The notes below the pieces were generated by a model, which saw only the letters and a program-made list of their open reading frames with translations, was not told the DNA's origin and searched no databases. DNA of 63,031 nt, counting the filler, from Thraustochytrium aureum (taxonomy: Eukaryota), in NCBI GenBank assembly GCA_012862495.1. It is 7 parts of 3 records of this genome, joined end to end, with 100 filler letters (N's around TTAATTAATTAA, not from the genome) between each part and the next. Parts side by side here need not be neighbours in the genome. Positions count along the whole stretch, not along the records: positions 1 to 15,738 come from BLSG01000460.1; positions 15,839 to 17,801 come from BLSG01000460.1; positions 17,902 to 21,939 come from BLSG01000461.1; positions 22,040 to 36,368 come from BLSG01000461.1; 3 more parts are not named here. The stretch is one strand, 5' to 3'. Position numbers and translations under genes: made by a program. Below, piece by piece: positions 12,741 through 25,000 of this stretch (the first letter of the stretch is position 1; every line of letters begins with the position of its first letter).

Positions 12741-14760
12741 GAGGTGGAGGCTTGTCGGCCGGCTCGATGTCGCGAGGGTGCTGCTTTCTTGGCTCGTTCT
12801 CGTTCGTTGTTTGATGAACAGAGGGGTGCGATCGCGTTGTCAGTCGGCGCCGCAGGGAGCCTGCGGCGGGGCCGATGCGAGAGCAGTAGGCCCGCTTCTC
12901 TGGAAATCGGCGATTCAGCCCGCGTTGCTTCGCAGGGAAGGGAGTTCGACGGCGAGCCGAGCTGGTGGTATCTTGGCGCCGACCTTTGCTGCACCGCTCG
13001 TCGTTGGAGATTTAGAAATGCCGCCTTGCCTTGTCTCCTTCCTTTCTTTGTGCTGCTCTTGCTGGAGGTGACGCGTCCGCTGTCCACGCCTTCCGCTGAG
13101 GTCCGGCTGTTGAAAGTGTGCCGAACTCCGGCACTCTGCCTTTCAGCCCGCGTCCCGGCGAGGTGGCCCGCAGCGCTCTCCAGCTGGTGCTGCGCTCTTC
13201 CGTCGAGGCGATGCAGGACGAGGGATGAAGTGGAACTGGCCCAGCTCGGTCTCAGCTCGGTCTCTCAGCTTGCAGTTGTGCCCGAAAACGACACTGCCGC
13301 TGGTGGTGGAGTTGCGCTGCCGAAACAGCACCTCCGAGTCGTGCGAGTCGACGTGGAACTGCCTGCTAGCAAGGAGGGTCCTCCTTGCTGCTAGCGCGCT
13401 CCGACCATTCNNNNNNNNNNNNNNNNNNNNNNNNNNNNNNNNNNNNNNNNNNNNNNNNNNNNNNNNNNNNNNNNNNNNNNNNNNNNNNNNNNNNNNNNNN
13501 NNNNNNNNNNNNNNNNNNNNNNNNNNNNNNNNNNNNNNNNNNNNNNNNNNNNNNNNNNNNNNNNNNNNNNNNNNNNNNNNNNNNNNNNNNNNNNNNNNNN
13601 NNNNNNNNNNNNNNNNNNNNNNNNNNNNNNNNNNNNNNNNNNNNNNNNNNNNNNNNNNNNNNNNNNNNNNNNNNNNNNNNNNNNNNNNNNNNNNNNNNNN
13701 NNNNNNNNNNNNNNNNNNNNNNNNNNNNNNNNNNNNNNNNNNNNNNNNNNNNNNNNNNNNNNNNNNNNNNNNNNNNNNNNNNNNNNNNNNNNNNNNNNNN
13801 NNNNNNNNNNNNNNNNNNNNNNNNNNNNNNNNNNNNNNNNNNNNNNNNTCAATCCATCCGAGCCGCAGCGTTCGGGGCTGGGCTGCCGAGAGGTGCGGGG
13901 GATCGAAGAAGCCGAGAGCGCGCGCGCGGCCTCATGAATGAATGTCCATGATCACCCGACGAGAGCTCTGGACCAGTGGCGACTCACTGGCGAGGGAAGG
14001 AAAGGTTCAGCAGGGTCTGAGCAACCCAGTTTTATTATTCCTCCGTGAGGGTCCTGGGTCACCTGGCTCTCCGCCACCCCATTGCGGTCTCGCCGAGGTC
14101 TCTCGATGACCATCTCGAGGTCTCTCGATGATCGTGAGTTCATCATCGTCGTGTGACTCAATGAAGTTGCGAGCATGCGCGAGTTGCGAGCATGATGCAG
14201 CCAGTGACGGGACATCTCTGCGCATCGTGATCTCTGACAATCCGCCGCACTACTCGAGTACTCTACTTGAATTTTAAAAAGCGGCGACGCCGGCTGCGTG
14301 GCCGCGAGCGTGCACGGCGAAAGCTGGCCCAGCTGTTCGACCGCTGTGTCCAGCCCTTGTGTGTCTCATGGCAAGACATGCCCAGGCGATGTCGCTCGCT
14401 CGGGACGGTTCTGAGTTGTGCCATACCGAGGTGCCCACGATCGAGTCGAATGACAGCTTCGAGCACGGCTTCGTGCCGACGGATGAGCTGGAGTGCAAGC
14501 GGTTGGTATTCTTTCCGCCTGACCGCGCAACACATAATCCTCTGTGACGAGACGCCGCAACGCCCCACCCGCAACATGGCCTCCATCGTGACGACAAACG
14601 GATATGAACGAATCCAAGAGGACACCCAACCAGTCTCTGACGCGCGAGTGCAGGAGGCGACGCGCAGGAGGCGGCGCGCAAGCGGCGTCAGACAAGCGGC
14701 TAGCGGAGCGACAGGCGCGAAACGAGTGGAGCGAACTGGGGAGCGAACCAAGAGGTGGGG

Positions 14761-15738
14761 ATGGGGCGCCAGTGGAGCTTTCTGCGCCGCGCGTTCCGCG
14801 CCAGCTCTGGCCTGGGCGCGCCACGTTGTTGCTCACTCAGGACCTTCACTCCGCACGCCAGCCTGTCGCGCATCGGCGCTGCGGCGAGGCCAAATGCTGC
14901 CGACCTGATGGCGCAGCCGGCATTCCGGGGCTGGCGCTCGAGGGCGGCTTTCCAACTCAGCCGGCAGCTCCCCGCGCAGGCGGCGCCGTACACCACCACG
15001 GCGAGCGGTGGCAAGACCGGGCTGGCCGATCGCGTGCGCGACGACCTCCAACGCGTCCAGGCGGACATCGACAAGACGGAAGCCGCCATCCAGCGCTGCG
15101 AGGCGGATATCGCCAAAGTCGAAACGGCTGTCCTCGGGGTGCAGGCCAAGCTCGACTCGTTCGAGCTCGACTGGGAGAGCATGACAAACCTCGCGCGCGC
15201 CAGGTTCAACAACGACCCCGCGTTCTACAACGCGAGCCTCGAGAGCGAAAAGAGTGTGCTCGTAGGGGAAAAGGAGGCGCTGCGGGACGAAGAGAACAAG
15301 CTGCGGGACGAAGAGAACAAGCTGCGCGACAAGGAGAACAAGCTGCGCGACAAGGAGAACAAGCTGCAAGGCAACGAGACCATCGCGTCCGTGGAGCGGC
15401 CGTCCGTCTTCACCGCCAAGAACGGCACTGCGACGATGCAAGCCGACTTGGACGAGCTGTGGGCGAGCTACGTCGATTGCAAACCGAAAGTGGCAAAAGC
15501 CGAGCAGGCGTTTCTGCGCGTGGTGATGGACGCCGAGGTTGTCAGCGAGAGCGTCAAAGAGATGGACGTCGAGACCGGCAAGGTGGACTGGGCCAGGGCC
15601 GCACTGGGCGACCGAGTCGGCGTGGAGCGTGTCGTGTGGGACGAGGACTACCTCGACGAGGGAATCTCGCCAGGAATGGGCCTCGTGACACTGCCCGTCG
15701 AGCTGCCGATCTCCATCGTCGACGGTGAGAAGAAGGCA
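14761..15738 (+). CDS. Coiled-coil protein with LRD(E/K)ENK heptad repeats; truncated at a contig join
   Basis: Open frame with host-like codon usage. The Arg/Ser-rich N-terminus resembles a mitochondrial transit peptide. No family recognised. Confidence 0.6.
15280..15363 (+). repeat. 21-bp coding tandem repeat x4
   Basis: ctgcgggacgaagagaacaag x2 followed by ctgcgcgacaaggagaacaag x2. Confidence 0.95.
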
Positions 15739-15838
15739 NNNNNNNNNNNNNNNNNNNNNNNNNNNNNNNNNNNNNNNNNNNNTTAATTAATTAANNNNNN
15801 NNNNNNNNNNNNNNNNNNNNNNNNNNNNNNNNNNNNNN
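15739..15838. other. Artificial contig linker (N44-TTAATTAATTAA-N44); same linker at 17802-17901, 21940-22039, 36369-36468, 47541-47640 and 61809-61908
   Basis: An identical six-frame-stop 12-mer embedded in N runs occurs six times. Confidence 0.97.
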
Positions 15839-16189
15839 CGGACGAGTTCGCGCACCCCGCGCCAGTGGACAATGTCTGCTGGTTCCCTGGCTCTGAGGTA
15901 TTTTATGTCCACGTCGGTGAACACGCTGGTTTTCTGGCGCGCGAGCTGAGCCCTCGGCAACAGCGAAGCCGAGAGCGAGGACAAAAGGCGTCGACATTTG
16001 TCGCCGTTGGCGGAGCGCGGTCGCCACCAATCGCCGAACAAACTCCTCAGGGCCGGGTGGCGCCGCCACCGCCGCCGCCCATGCCTTTGCGCCCGAACGC
16101 CCGCTTCTTAAGACAGTGCCGTGCGATGCGCTTCGCAGACGCCGCAGAAACCTAAAGTGAAGCTCTAGCGAGCTATTTGCATTCTTCTA

Positions 16190-17101
16190 TTATTTTGTAC
16201 TTCCCGAGTCCGGCTGGATGCGCGTGAGCAGCTCAGCCACCTGCTGCCTGAGATTAGTCAGCTCGGAGACCGGGACGGTAAGGCCGTCGCCGTCTTTCGC
16301 CACGAGGCGGTCGAGCTCTTGGTTGAGCGTCACCGCGATCTTGGCTTGGAAGGGGTCCGCGGCCCCACTGCCGCCCACGATTGGGGACCCATTGATCGAC
16401 ATCAAGCTCTCGCCGCGCCGCAACGGCCGCGCAGCCTTTGTGGCCATGAGGGTAGCCGGTGTTGCCGGCAGGCGCGGATCGCGCGGCGTAGCGTAGGCCG
16501 CTGGGGCCAAGTTGCCGCGCATTGGCGTGGACGACGGAGTCATCCCCGACTTGGCGCTGCCGGTCGGTTTGACCTTGACTGTGCTCGACGCACCCAGCGC
16601 CGCGCGCGCGCGCAGTTGCAGTGCCGCATTGGGAGTGGCTACCTTTTTCAGAGTCCCGCCTTTGGTCTTGCGCATCGACATGGTCTGCGAGATCGCCTTG
16701 GCCGAGTGGAGCACGACGCTGCCAGGCGAGCTTACGGCCCCGTTCGACATGCCGGAAAGCCCCGTGCTTTCCAGTACCTTTTGGCGGTCCTTTTGCATGA
16801 CCGAGGCGATGTCTCCGCCGTGCTTTTCGCAAAACTCGCGCGCGTTCATGGACCGAATGTTGCGCGTCAGTTTGATCAGCTCGCTGCTGAAGGCGTTCAT
16901 GATCTCGTCGGTGCGGCGCTGCGCCTCAAACTCGATCAGCCGGCACCTCGTCTCCACCTCCACGTCGAGGTCCTCCAGGAAGGCGGTCACGTCGTCTTCA
17001 TCGTTGAACAGCACCTTCTTCTTCAGCGGCGCAGTGCCCGCCTTCTTCTTCTGCTGCTGCTGCCTCTTCTTCTTCGCGCCGCCGGACTGCCTTGCGACCA
17101 T
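16190..17101 (-). CDS. CDCA8: Borealin (chromosomal passenger complex subunit)-like protein
   Basis: N-terminal helix FLEDLDVEVETRCRLI...IMNAFSSELIKLTRNIRSM (Nbl1/Borealin_N pattern), TP-rich middle and C-terminal RRGESLMSINGSPI motif. Confidence 0.75.
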   Translation of the reverse strand: MVARQSGGAKKKRQQQQKKKAGTAPLKKKVLFNDEDDVTAFLEDLDVEVETRCRLIEFEAQRRTDEIMNAFSSELIKLTRNIRSMNAREFCEKHGGDIASVMQKDRQKVLESTGLSGMSNGAVSSPGSVVLHSAKAISQTMSMRKTKGGTLKKVATPNAALQLRARAALGASSTVKVKPTGSAKSGMTPSSTPMRGNLAPAAYATPRDPRLPATPATLMATKAARPLRRGESLMSINGSPIVGGSGAADPFQAKIAVTLNQELDRLVAKDGDGLTVPVSELTNLRQQVAELLTRIQPDSGSTK

Positions 17102-17532
17102 GCTGCCGAGGCTGCCGCTTCGCCACGCGGTCTCTCTCCGCTGCTCCAGCCGCGCCTGCCAAACGGTCCACCCCGGCCGGTCCGACCGCTCTGCGCGCGT
17201 CCAGGCCGACCAGCAGCCGGGCACGGGCTCCTGCTCCCGCCAGGACAAGGACAAGCACGTCCACGTCCTGCTGGTCCTGGGCGCGCTCGGGCTCCTGCCG
17301 CTCGTGGCGCCGCGGGCGGCCTGTTTCGAGCTCTGCTCCTGGCGAGCCCGTTATGCTCTTGGCTCGCTCTACTCTAGCTAGCTACAGTAGAGAGGTACTC
17401 ACATCTATCCACTCTGTGCTCGTGAGCAACAACAAGCACAGGCACACCGGTAAGTAAGAAAGAGGAGAGCTACGCGCTCGCCTTCCCACCAGTCCTCGCC
17501 TCGAGAAGCGACTCGTGTGTGGCGCGCAGAAG

Positions 17533-17571
17533 AATCGAGATTAAATCGAGGTAAATCGAGGTAAATCGAGG
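17533..17571 (+). repeat. 10-bp tandem repeat (TAAATCGAGG) x~4 upstream of the Borealin gene
   Basis: aatcgagattaaatcgaggtaaatcgaggtaaatcgagg. Confidence 0.85.
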
Positions 17572-17901
17572 CACTTGGGAGCCGCGCGGTGGGAGAATTT
17601 TGAGAATTTTGCGCATTCGACCAAGGAACTCAATGATGTTCGTCGGGGAAAACCGTCCTTCGTTCTGACAGGCAGCCGTGAGTCATGTTGATTTCAAGAT
17701 GAGGGCTGCTTGGAGTTCAATCATCGCCATGCGGCTGGCCTCGGCTCTCATCCAGCGAGCCGCCTTGGATGATGAGACGGCCCTGCTGGTGCTGTGGTGG
17801 GNNNNNNNNNNNNNNNNNNNNNNNNNNNNNNNNNNNNNNNNNNNNTTAATTAATTAANNNNNNNNNNNNNNNNNNNNNNNNNNNNNNNNNNNNNNNNNNN
17901 N

Positions 17902-18274
17902 CAGGCTCCTGCCCGACGGGGCACGTCACCGTCGGACTCGACGTAGGCTTCGGCGTCGGCTTGGGTGTGGGCTTGGGTGTGGGCTTCGGAGGCGGCTTGC
18001 AGCATAACATCCTTCCATGCCATGGACCACAAACAGGGTACCCGTCGGGAGAATCTCTGCATTCAGAGTCGGAATCCTCACTCAGATCCCTGCACCTTGC
18101 TACTCGAGGGTCGTGAAGTTTGTACTCCACCGAAGGGCAGTCGAAGTCTTCGGCTTTGCTGAAAACGCACTTAGACCATTTGTCGCAAATGTGGTTGGGT
18201 GGAGTCTCTCCGGTGACACCAATCACGAACGACACGAGAACGACGACGAACACCACGAGCCTGATCGTCATCAT
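17902..18274 (-). CDS. Secreted Cys-rich protein with KPTP (PT) repeats; 3' truncated
   Basis: Signal peptide MMTIRLVVFVVVLVSFVIGVTG, an 8-Cys domain, then KPTPKPTPKPTPKPT. Confidence 0.75.
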
Positions 18275-19442
18275 GTCGCTGTCCTGGTTGACGCGTTTGC
18301 AAACCCTGATGTGCCGCTGCTGTCTGCCTTCAACGTCGCTTGAGAATGCCTTGCTCGCTCTTCCTCGCTCCTGCTCTGCTGCTGCTGCTGCTGCTGCTAC
18401 CGCTGCGCGTTGGGGTTTTGCAGCTCAAGTTTTCCTGCTGTCGCATTTGAGACGCTTCAACGCGAGCGAGGTGAGAGAATCTTCCGCAGTTTCCTCCTTC
18501 TCTGCCGATCATCATGACATGTTCATGATCATGATGAGTCGGCACGCGCGCAGTGGCGAAGGTTGAAGAGTGATCGCAATCGATCGATACCGGGCATGAG
18601 TAGTAGGTATCTGCACGGGAGCAGATCCTGCCGCGCCCCCTCAGAGCCCTCCATTCTCGCAGCGGCAGCGGCCCTGGAGAACGTGACGACGCCGGCGCGT
18701 TCGCAGCGCATTGTTCGTCGTCCCAACCAACCAACCAACCAACGCGAAATCACCCCGTGAGCCAGCCAGTTTCACAGTCAAGTCACATCCATTAAAAACG
18801 AGTAGGCAAAAGAAATACTACTAGGCCTACTGCCAGCCAGCGCGCCAAAACAGCATGCTGTAGCATCTAAGCTAAGTAGAGTTGACAGTAGCAAGAAGGT
18901 GCCACGTTGCGCGGCGAAAGCCAGCATCCACGGCCGTGCACACACCGTGGCCGTGTTCTTCGTGGCTCCTCCGCCTATCGCAAAGTTGACGACCCTAAAG
19001 GGGAAGGAGGTACGCCTACTTCCCCTGCTCCGATCGGATGATGTTGTGCAGAGGCCTTGTTGTGGACATCTCCCGGCCAACACCCTTCTTTTCCCCGGCT
19101 CCTTGTATAAGCGCACACCGTCCTTGAGCTCTCATTTCACATCACGATGGCGTACCAACAGCGACTGTTGGAGGGTGCCGACCAGGACGCGACGCTTCAC
19201 GGCCACACAAACTTTGAACTAAGCCTTTCAACAACTTTCAAGCGCATGCTGTTGAGCGCGTGCTCGAATGGACTCGGATTCACTTCGCCAATTCTCTTGT
19301 CTGACCTCACCTCTGAATGCTGCTCAATTTCAAACCGACCTTGCTTGTGACGGAATAGTGGATTCTACTTTCTCAGGCTCCTCAAAGATGGGTGTCTGTC
19401 ATTCCATTCCCGGCTTCCCCAGCCTTGTACACTCTGTTTGAC

Positions 19443-19783
19443 TCACAACGAAATGACGGGCGCGGATTCCGCCTCCCGTGACAGCATCACGTCGCGTGTA
19501 CACTGGCAGACGACGTTTTTTACGTCTCGTGCTCTGATGCAAGTGTGGTTTTCTTCTTCTGCGGTTAATACAGATACGATCGTAGTGAGTACCGCGCATG
19601 CGCTCTGCACGGGCGCCGCACTGCATGCGAAGGTCAACTTCAGGTTCAAGATGGCCGCCGTCAACATTTCAGCACTCTTTTTGCCCCTAGTAGCTCTAGT
19701 CGAGTGAGTCACAACAAAAACCTGCGCGGATTCCGCCTACCGTGACACTGGCAGTATCACGTCGCGTGTACACTGGCAGACGA
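19443..19783 (+). repeat. Imperfect ~70-bp direct repeat pair (19443-19513 and 19709-19783)
   Basis: Shared gcgcggattccgcct and an identical 28-bp atcacgtcgcgtgtacactggcagacga. Confidence 0.85.
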
Positions 19784-20072
19784 TTGCAAGCAAAATCTCC
19801 ACTTTCAGACGCCGATACTACTAGCCTCGCGGGCTTTCCCCTCACAGCCATCACGCGAATTGCCGTTCGTCAAACTACTTACATCACACTGCCAGTGGAC
19901 AAACGTGCAAATGTGCGTTGCACAAATGTGAAAATGTGCGTCTCCCTTTTCTGGACAGCTCAGCCTGGTGAGCACGCTCGAGCATTCCGCACGAACGCCT
20001 TCAAGTTGCATCCAGAGCCTGAATTGAACGCGCTGGCTGCGACTGCGCACGAACCCGAAAGGCAAGGCTGCA

Positions 20073-21938
20073 ATGGGGAAAGGAGAAGAGTTTGGCGCGC
20101 CGATCGGCGGCGGCGGTCGGCCCTCGCTCGTGGCGTCGTACATGTGGCAGCTCTATACGCTGATGTACAAGAACTGGGTGCTGTTCAGGCGCCAGTGGAT
20201 CTCGTCCCTGGTGCACCNNNNNNNNNNNNNNNNNNNNNNNNNNNNNNNNNNNNNNNNNNNNNNNNNNNNNNNNNNNNNNNNNNNNNNNNNNNNNNNNNNN
20301 NNNNNNNNNNNNNNNNNNNNNNNNNNNNNNNNNNNNNNNNNNNNNNNNNNNNNNNNNNNNNNNNNNNNNNNNNNNNNNNNNNNNNNNNNNNNNNNNNNNN
20401 NNNNNNNNNNNNNNNNNNNNNNNNNNNNNNNNNNNNNNNNNNNNNNNNNNNNNNNNNNNNNNNNNNNNNNNNNNNNNNNNNNNNNNNNNNNNNNNNNNNN
20501 NNNNNNNNNNNNNNNNNNNNNNNNNNNNNNNNNNNNNNNNNNNNNNNNNNNNNNNNNNNNNNNNNNNNNNNNNNNNNNNNNNNNNNNNNNNNNNNNNNNN
20601 NNNNNNNNNNNNNNNNNNNNNNNNNNNNNNNNNNNNNNNNNNNNNNNNNNNNNNNNNNNNNNNNNNNNNNNNNNNNNNNNNNNNNNNNNNNNNNNNNNNN
20701 NNNNNNNNNNNNNNNNNNNNNNNNNNNNNNNNNNNNNNNNNNNNNNNNNNNNNNNNNNNNNNNNNNNNNNNNNNNNNNNNNNNNNNNNNNNNNNNNNNNN
20801 NNNNNNNNNNNNNNNNNNNNNNNNNNNNNNNNNNNNNNNNNNNNNNNNNNNNNNNNNNNNNNNNNNNNNNNNNNNNNNNNNNNNNNNNNNNNNNNNNNNN
20901 NNNNNNNNNNNNNNNNNNNNNNNNNNNNNNNNNNNNNNNNNNNNNNNNNNNNNNNNNNNNNNNNNNNNNNNNNNNNNNNNNNNNNNNNNNNNNNNNNNNN
21001 NNNNNNNNNNNNNNNNNNNNNNNNNNNNNGACGATGGCCAATCCTACATTCTTCAGGTTCAGCGCGCTGTCAGCGCAGCCATCCTTGGCGCCCACACCGG
21101 ATCCAACACGGCAGACATCATGCTTGACCTGAAGCCTTTCCCTCAAGTGGTAGGCGACGACTTGGCCTCCGGGCCGCAACCCAACGAGTCACTTTTCACG
21201 GTGGAGCAGTTTGGAGGCCTTTTCTACCTGGCGGGCATCATGATGACCTTCGTTGTGATGCTGCGCCAGATCATCCAGGAGAAAGAGGACAAGATCCTCG
21301 ACGCGCTGCGCATGATGGGCTTGTACGAGTCCTGCTACTGGCTTTCGTGGACCCTCTACTACGCGGCCATGTCGTTTGTCGCCGCCATTCTGATGGTGCT
21401 CGCCGGCATTGTCATGAATGTCACTATTTTCAAGCAAACAACACCATCCTGGATGGTGTTCGCGCTGTTCGGCTACCTGATGGCCATGTCAGCCTTCTCG
21501 ATGGCGCTCAGCACGGCCATGTCCACCACCAAGGCGGCTTTCATGGCTGGGTTCCTGCTGCTGGTCCTCGCCCTCATCTTCCAACTCATCGTCAGCGTGC
21601 AGCTACTTCGCATACTCGACGTTTTGTACTCGCCGTACCGCCTCAGCGCTGGCGCGCTCAGCGTGATCAACCTCTATCCCCCGATCCTCTTCGCCAAGGT
21701 GGAGTATACGGTGTTCGGAATGACAAAGGACCGCGTGTTTAGCGATCCGAACACTGGAGAGGAGTCGACTGTAAAGGGGACTTACACGTGGGAAGACGCC
21801 GCGGACGGTCTGTACCAGTATGCCGACCCGGTCACCCTGGAGGCGATCGACCGCACAGTCAACTACGCCGAGCTTTGCAGCACCGAACCGTCAAGAATTT
21901 GCTACGTGCAAAAGTACTTTTGCGGCAGCAGCGACCTT
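20073..21938 (+). CDS. ABCA: ABCA transporter, N-terminal half (TMD1), gapped
   Basis: QLYTLMYKNWVLFRR start motif, IIQEKEDKILDALRMMGL...YWLSW and multiple TM helices. Confidence 0.88.
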
Positions 21939-22039
21939 ANNNNNNNNNNNNNNNNNNNNNNNNNNNNNNNNNNNNNNNNNNNNTTAATTAATTAANNNNN
22001 NNNNNNNNNNNNNNNNNNNNNNNNNNNNNNNNNNNNNNN

Positions 22040-25000
22040 CGCGCCGGGGTCCCGTCAGCGCCTTCTGGAGAGCATCCTCAAGACCATGCCAAGCGCCGAG
22101 GTCGACCCCGAGTGTGCCGCCAATGCAACTGGCCCGATCGTCGCCACCATCCGCCCGGCGGCTTTCAAGGACGCCGCTCGCCTATTTCGCCGGGTGGACG
22201 AGATCGTCGCGCAAGGCGGCGCAAAGGACTGGGGCCTCAGCCAGACGTCGCTGGAGGACGTCTTCGTCGCTGTCGACGAGCAAGACAAAAAGGTTCATGG
22301 AGTCGCCACAGGGCAGAAGGAAAGCACGTCGCTCGACATGGGCGTTCCCATCAAAAGCCCGGTCGACTTTGGCGAGGAAGAATTTGCAGAGGACGTCACA
22401 TTTCACGACAGCTTTGGAGGCCAGGTACGCGCGCTCTTTCGCAAGTCGGTCGCGCTGCAGCTGCGCCACCGCAAGACAGTGTGCTGCCAGATCATGATCC
22501 CGCTACTACTGATCGTCACGATGGGCGTTCTCTTCATTGTCTTGGAAAACGAGTTCGATGCCAGCTATGATGGTGGCTACTCCTTTTTGGGTTACAACCC
22601 ATACTTCCAAGATTGCTACTACTGTTTGATGTACAACGTGGAGGAAATGGCCAAATTGGTTGATGCTGGCGACGAAAGCCTCGCTCCGCCTTGCGGCATG
22701 CCGAGCTGCGCGATTGGTCGTTTCGCCAACCTGTCGGAAATTCCGAGCAGCTACACCTCAGCGTATCGTGATCTTGCGCCCGGCTTCGTTCTCGAAAATG
22801 GAGTCAGGACGATTGCCTACATCTCTACGAGTTCGGAGTTTGAGGACGTGTTTGGGGCCGGGTTGGCGGCGAAGACGTTCAACTCAAGCAACCCGTTTTA
22901 CAGCCACTGCGTAAACGAGGATCCCGGTCTGGCTTGCAGTTACTATGAAGAGTCGCACCGCCTGTCTCGCGGCAAGTTGTTGCGTGAGCCTGCCATGTGG
23001 TTTGGGTCCGACATTGTTAACGAAAACGATCGGTTTGATCCCGCATCAAGGGAGACGGTGTACTTCGGATCACGCCTTATATTTGGTGCGAGCACGCCTG
23101 CAATCGCAAGAGCCTTGGGCTCGCGCTGCGTGTCTTCCGTCCGCCCCGAACAAGCAGGGCTTCTGGCTATGAGCAACGGCACCATCGAGTTTGAATGCAA
23201 TGGTTCGTATGCGACGTTGTACGAAATGTTCCCTATGGAGAAGCGGTATCTCAGCTTTGATGAGAACTTCAACGAGCGAGGCACACTGAACTGCAGGTTT
23301 CTCAATGCAACAGCAGCGCAGGACGCTATGGGCCTCATCCTGAACACCACCTCGGCAAACGGTNNNNNNNNNNNNNNNNNNNNNNNNNNNNNNNNNNNNN
23401 NNNNNNNNNNNNNNNNNNNNNNNNNNNNNNNNNNNNNNNNNNNNNNNNNNNNNNNNNNNNNNNNNNNNNNNNNNNNNNNNNNNNNNNNNNNNNNNNNNNN
23501 NNNNNNNNNNNNNNNNNNNNNNNNNNNNNNNNNNNNNNNNNNNNNNNNNNNNNNNNNNNNNNNNNNNNNNNNNNNNNNNNNNNNNNNNNNNNNNNNNNNN
23601 NNNNNNNNNNNNNNNNNNNNNNNNNNNNNNNNNNNNNNNNNNNNNNNNNNNNNNNNNNNNNNNNNNNNNNNNNNNNNNNNNNNNNNNNNNNNNNNNNNNN
23701 NNNNNNNNNNNNNNNNNNNNNNNNNNNNNNNNNNNNNNNNNNNNNNNNNNNNNNNNNNNNNNNNNNNNNNNNNNNNNNNNNNNNNNNNNNNNNNNNNNNN
23801 NNNNNNNNNNNNNNNNNNNNNNNNNNNNNNNNNNNNNNNNNNNNNNNNNNNNNNNNNNNNNNNNNNNNNNNNNNNNNNNNNNNNNNNNNNNNNNNNNNNN
23901 NNNNNNNNNNNNNNNNNNNNNNNNNNTGAACATTTGTCCCGTCTCCTCTTTGTCTCGGTACGGAAGTCTAAGCGCTGACTTGCGCGATGACAGCAACCCT
24001 GCCGCAGCGGTAAACGAGATGTTAATCCTGGCCCAAGAAGACTACCGCGACGCCAAAAACGAGTTTGAAACGCCGGTGCCGCGAACACTAGAAGGGTATC
24101 TCGCGGCTGCCAAGATCTTGGGGGAAAGCTTCCCGGAGGCAGCCCTCTTCTTTTCCGATCTCGATCTCGCCAAGGGCCGCGTCGCGCTGACAGTGCAGAC
24201 GTACATCCAAGACCCGGATTTCGAAAACTTCTACTGCGGTAGTCAGTACCTCAATGTTGGAGTCAAAATGGGAAATACCGATGAAGTCGAACGGAGAACA
24301 TGTGGTGCCCAGTTTATGCCTCTAGCTTGGCGTGTCGAGGTCGAAAATCGCAGAGTCAAGCACACGAGCATCGTCAACAACCTACTCAACGGCGTGGTGT
24401 CGGCCTTGCTGCGCTCTGCTCCGGCTGCAGCGAACAGCCCGCTTGCTGGCGCCGGCAACGTCGAGGTCGCGGTCGGCACGCGTCCCTTTCCGTACGGCGC
24501 TGATTCCAAAGGGGGATGACCTTGGGCGTTACCTGAACTACATTTACACCGTCACGGGGTCGGTGCTAGTGCCGTTGGCGACCTCGTTTCTCCTGCCCGT
24601 CTTTGTGTTCCACATCGTGCACGAAAAGGAGAACAAGCTGCGCGCCAACATGCTCATGATGGGCCTGCGGATGCGGGCTTACTGGACTGTGCAGTACGCC
24701 TTCGACATGACGCTGACCGTCATTACGTTTGGGCTCTGCTACGTTGTCGGCTTGGCCCTCGGCGCGCCGGTTTTCGCCAACCACCAGTTCGGGATCGTGC
24801 TCGTCCTTTTGCTCCTCTGGGCGAACGCGCAGGTCGGGCTCGCATTCGTCCTCAGCGTATTCTTCAGCAGAACCGGGAACGCCAACTGCGTGTTGTATCT
24901 CCTCGTGCTCGCGAGCGCGATCGCCGGCTTCATCCTCAACCTTAACGTCTTCAGCGTAACGCCGTACCTGCCTGCCCCGGTCTGGTTTGTCTGGTTTCCG

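Noticed and set aside
12741..14750. ORFs 12405..13394, 12452..13087, 14267..14908 and similar
   Set aside because: Arg/Ala/Pro-rich GC-driven or antisense frames with no recognisable domain.
15783..15794. TTAATTAATTAA as piggyBac target sites or a biological repeat
   Set aside because: It is always centred in N runs of fixed length, so it is a synthetic linker.
15839..16083. Short minus-strand ORFs at a contig edge
   Set aside because: Too short and frame-ambiguous to assign.
17699..17801. Possible gene start (MRAAWSSIIAMRL...) before a linker
   Set aside because: Only ~34 codons are visible, with no diagnostic motif.
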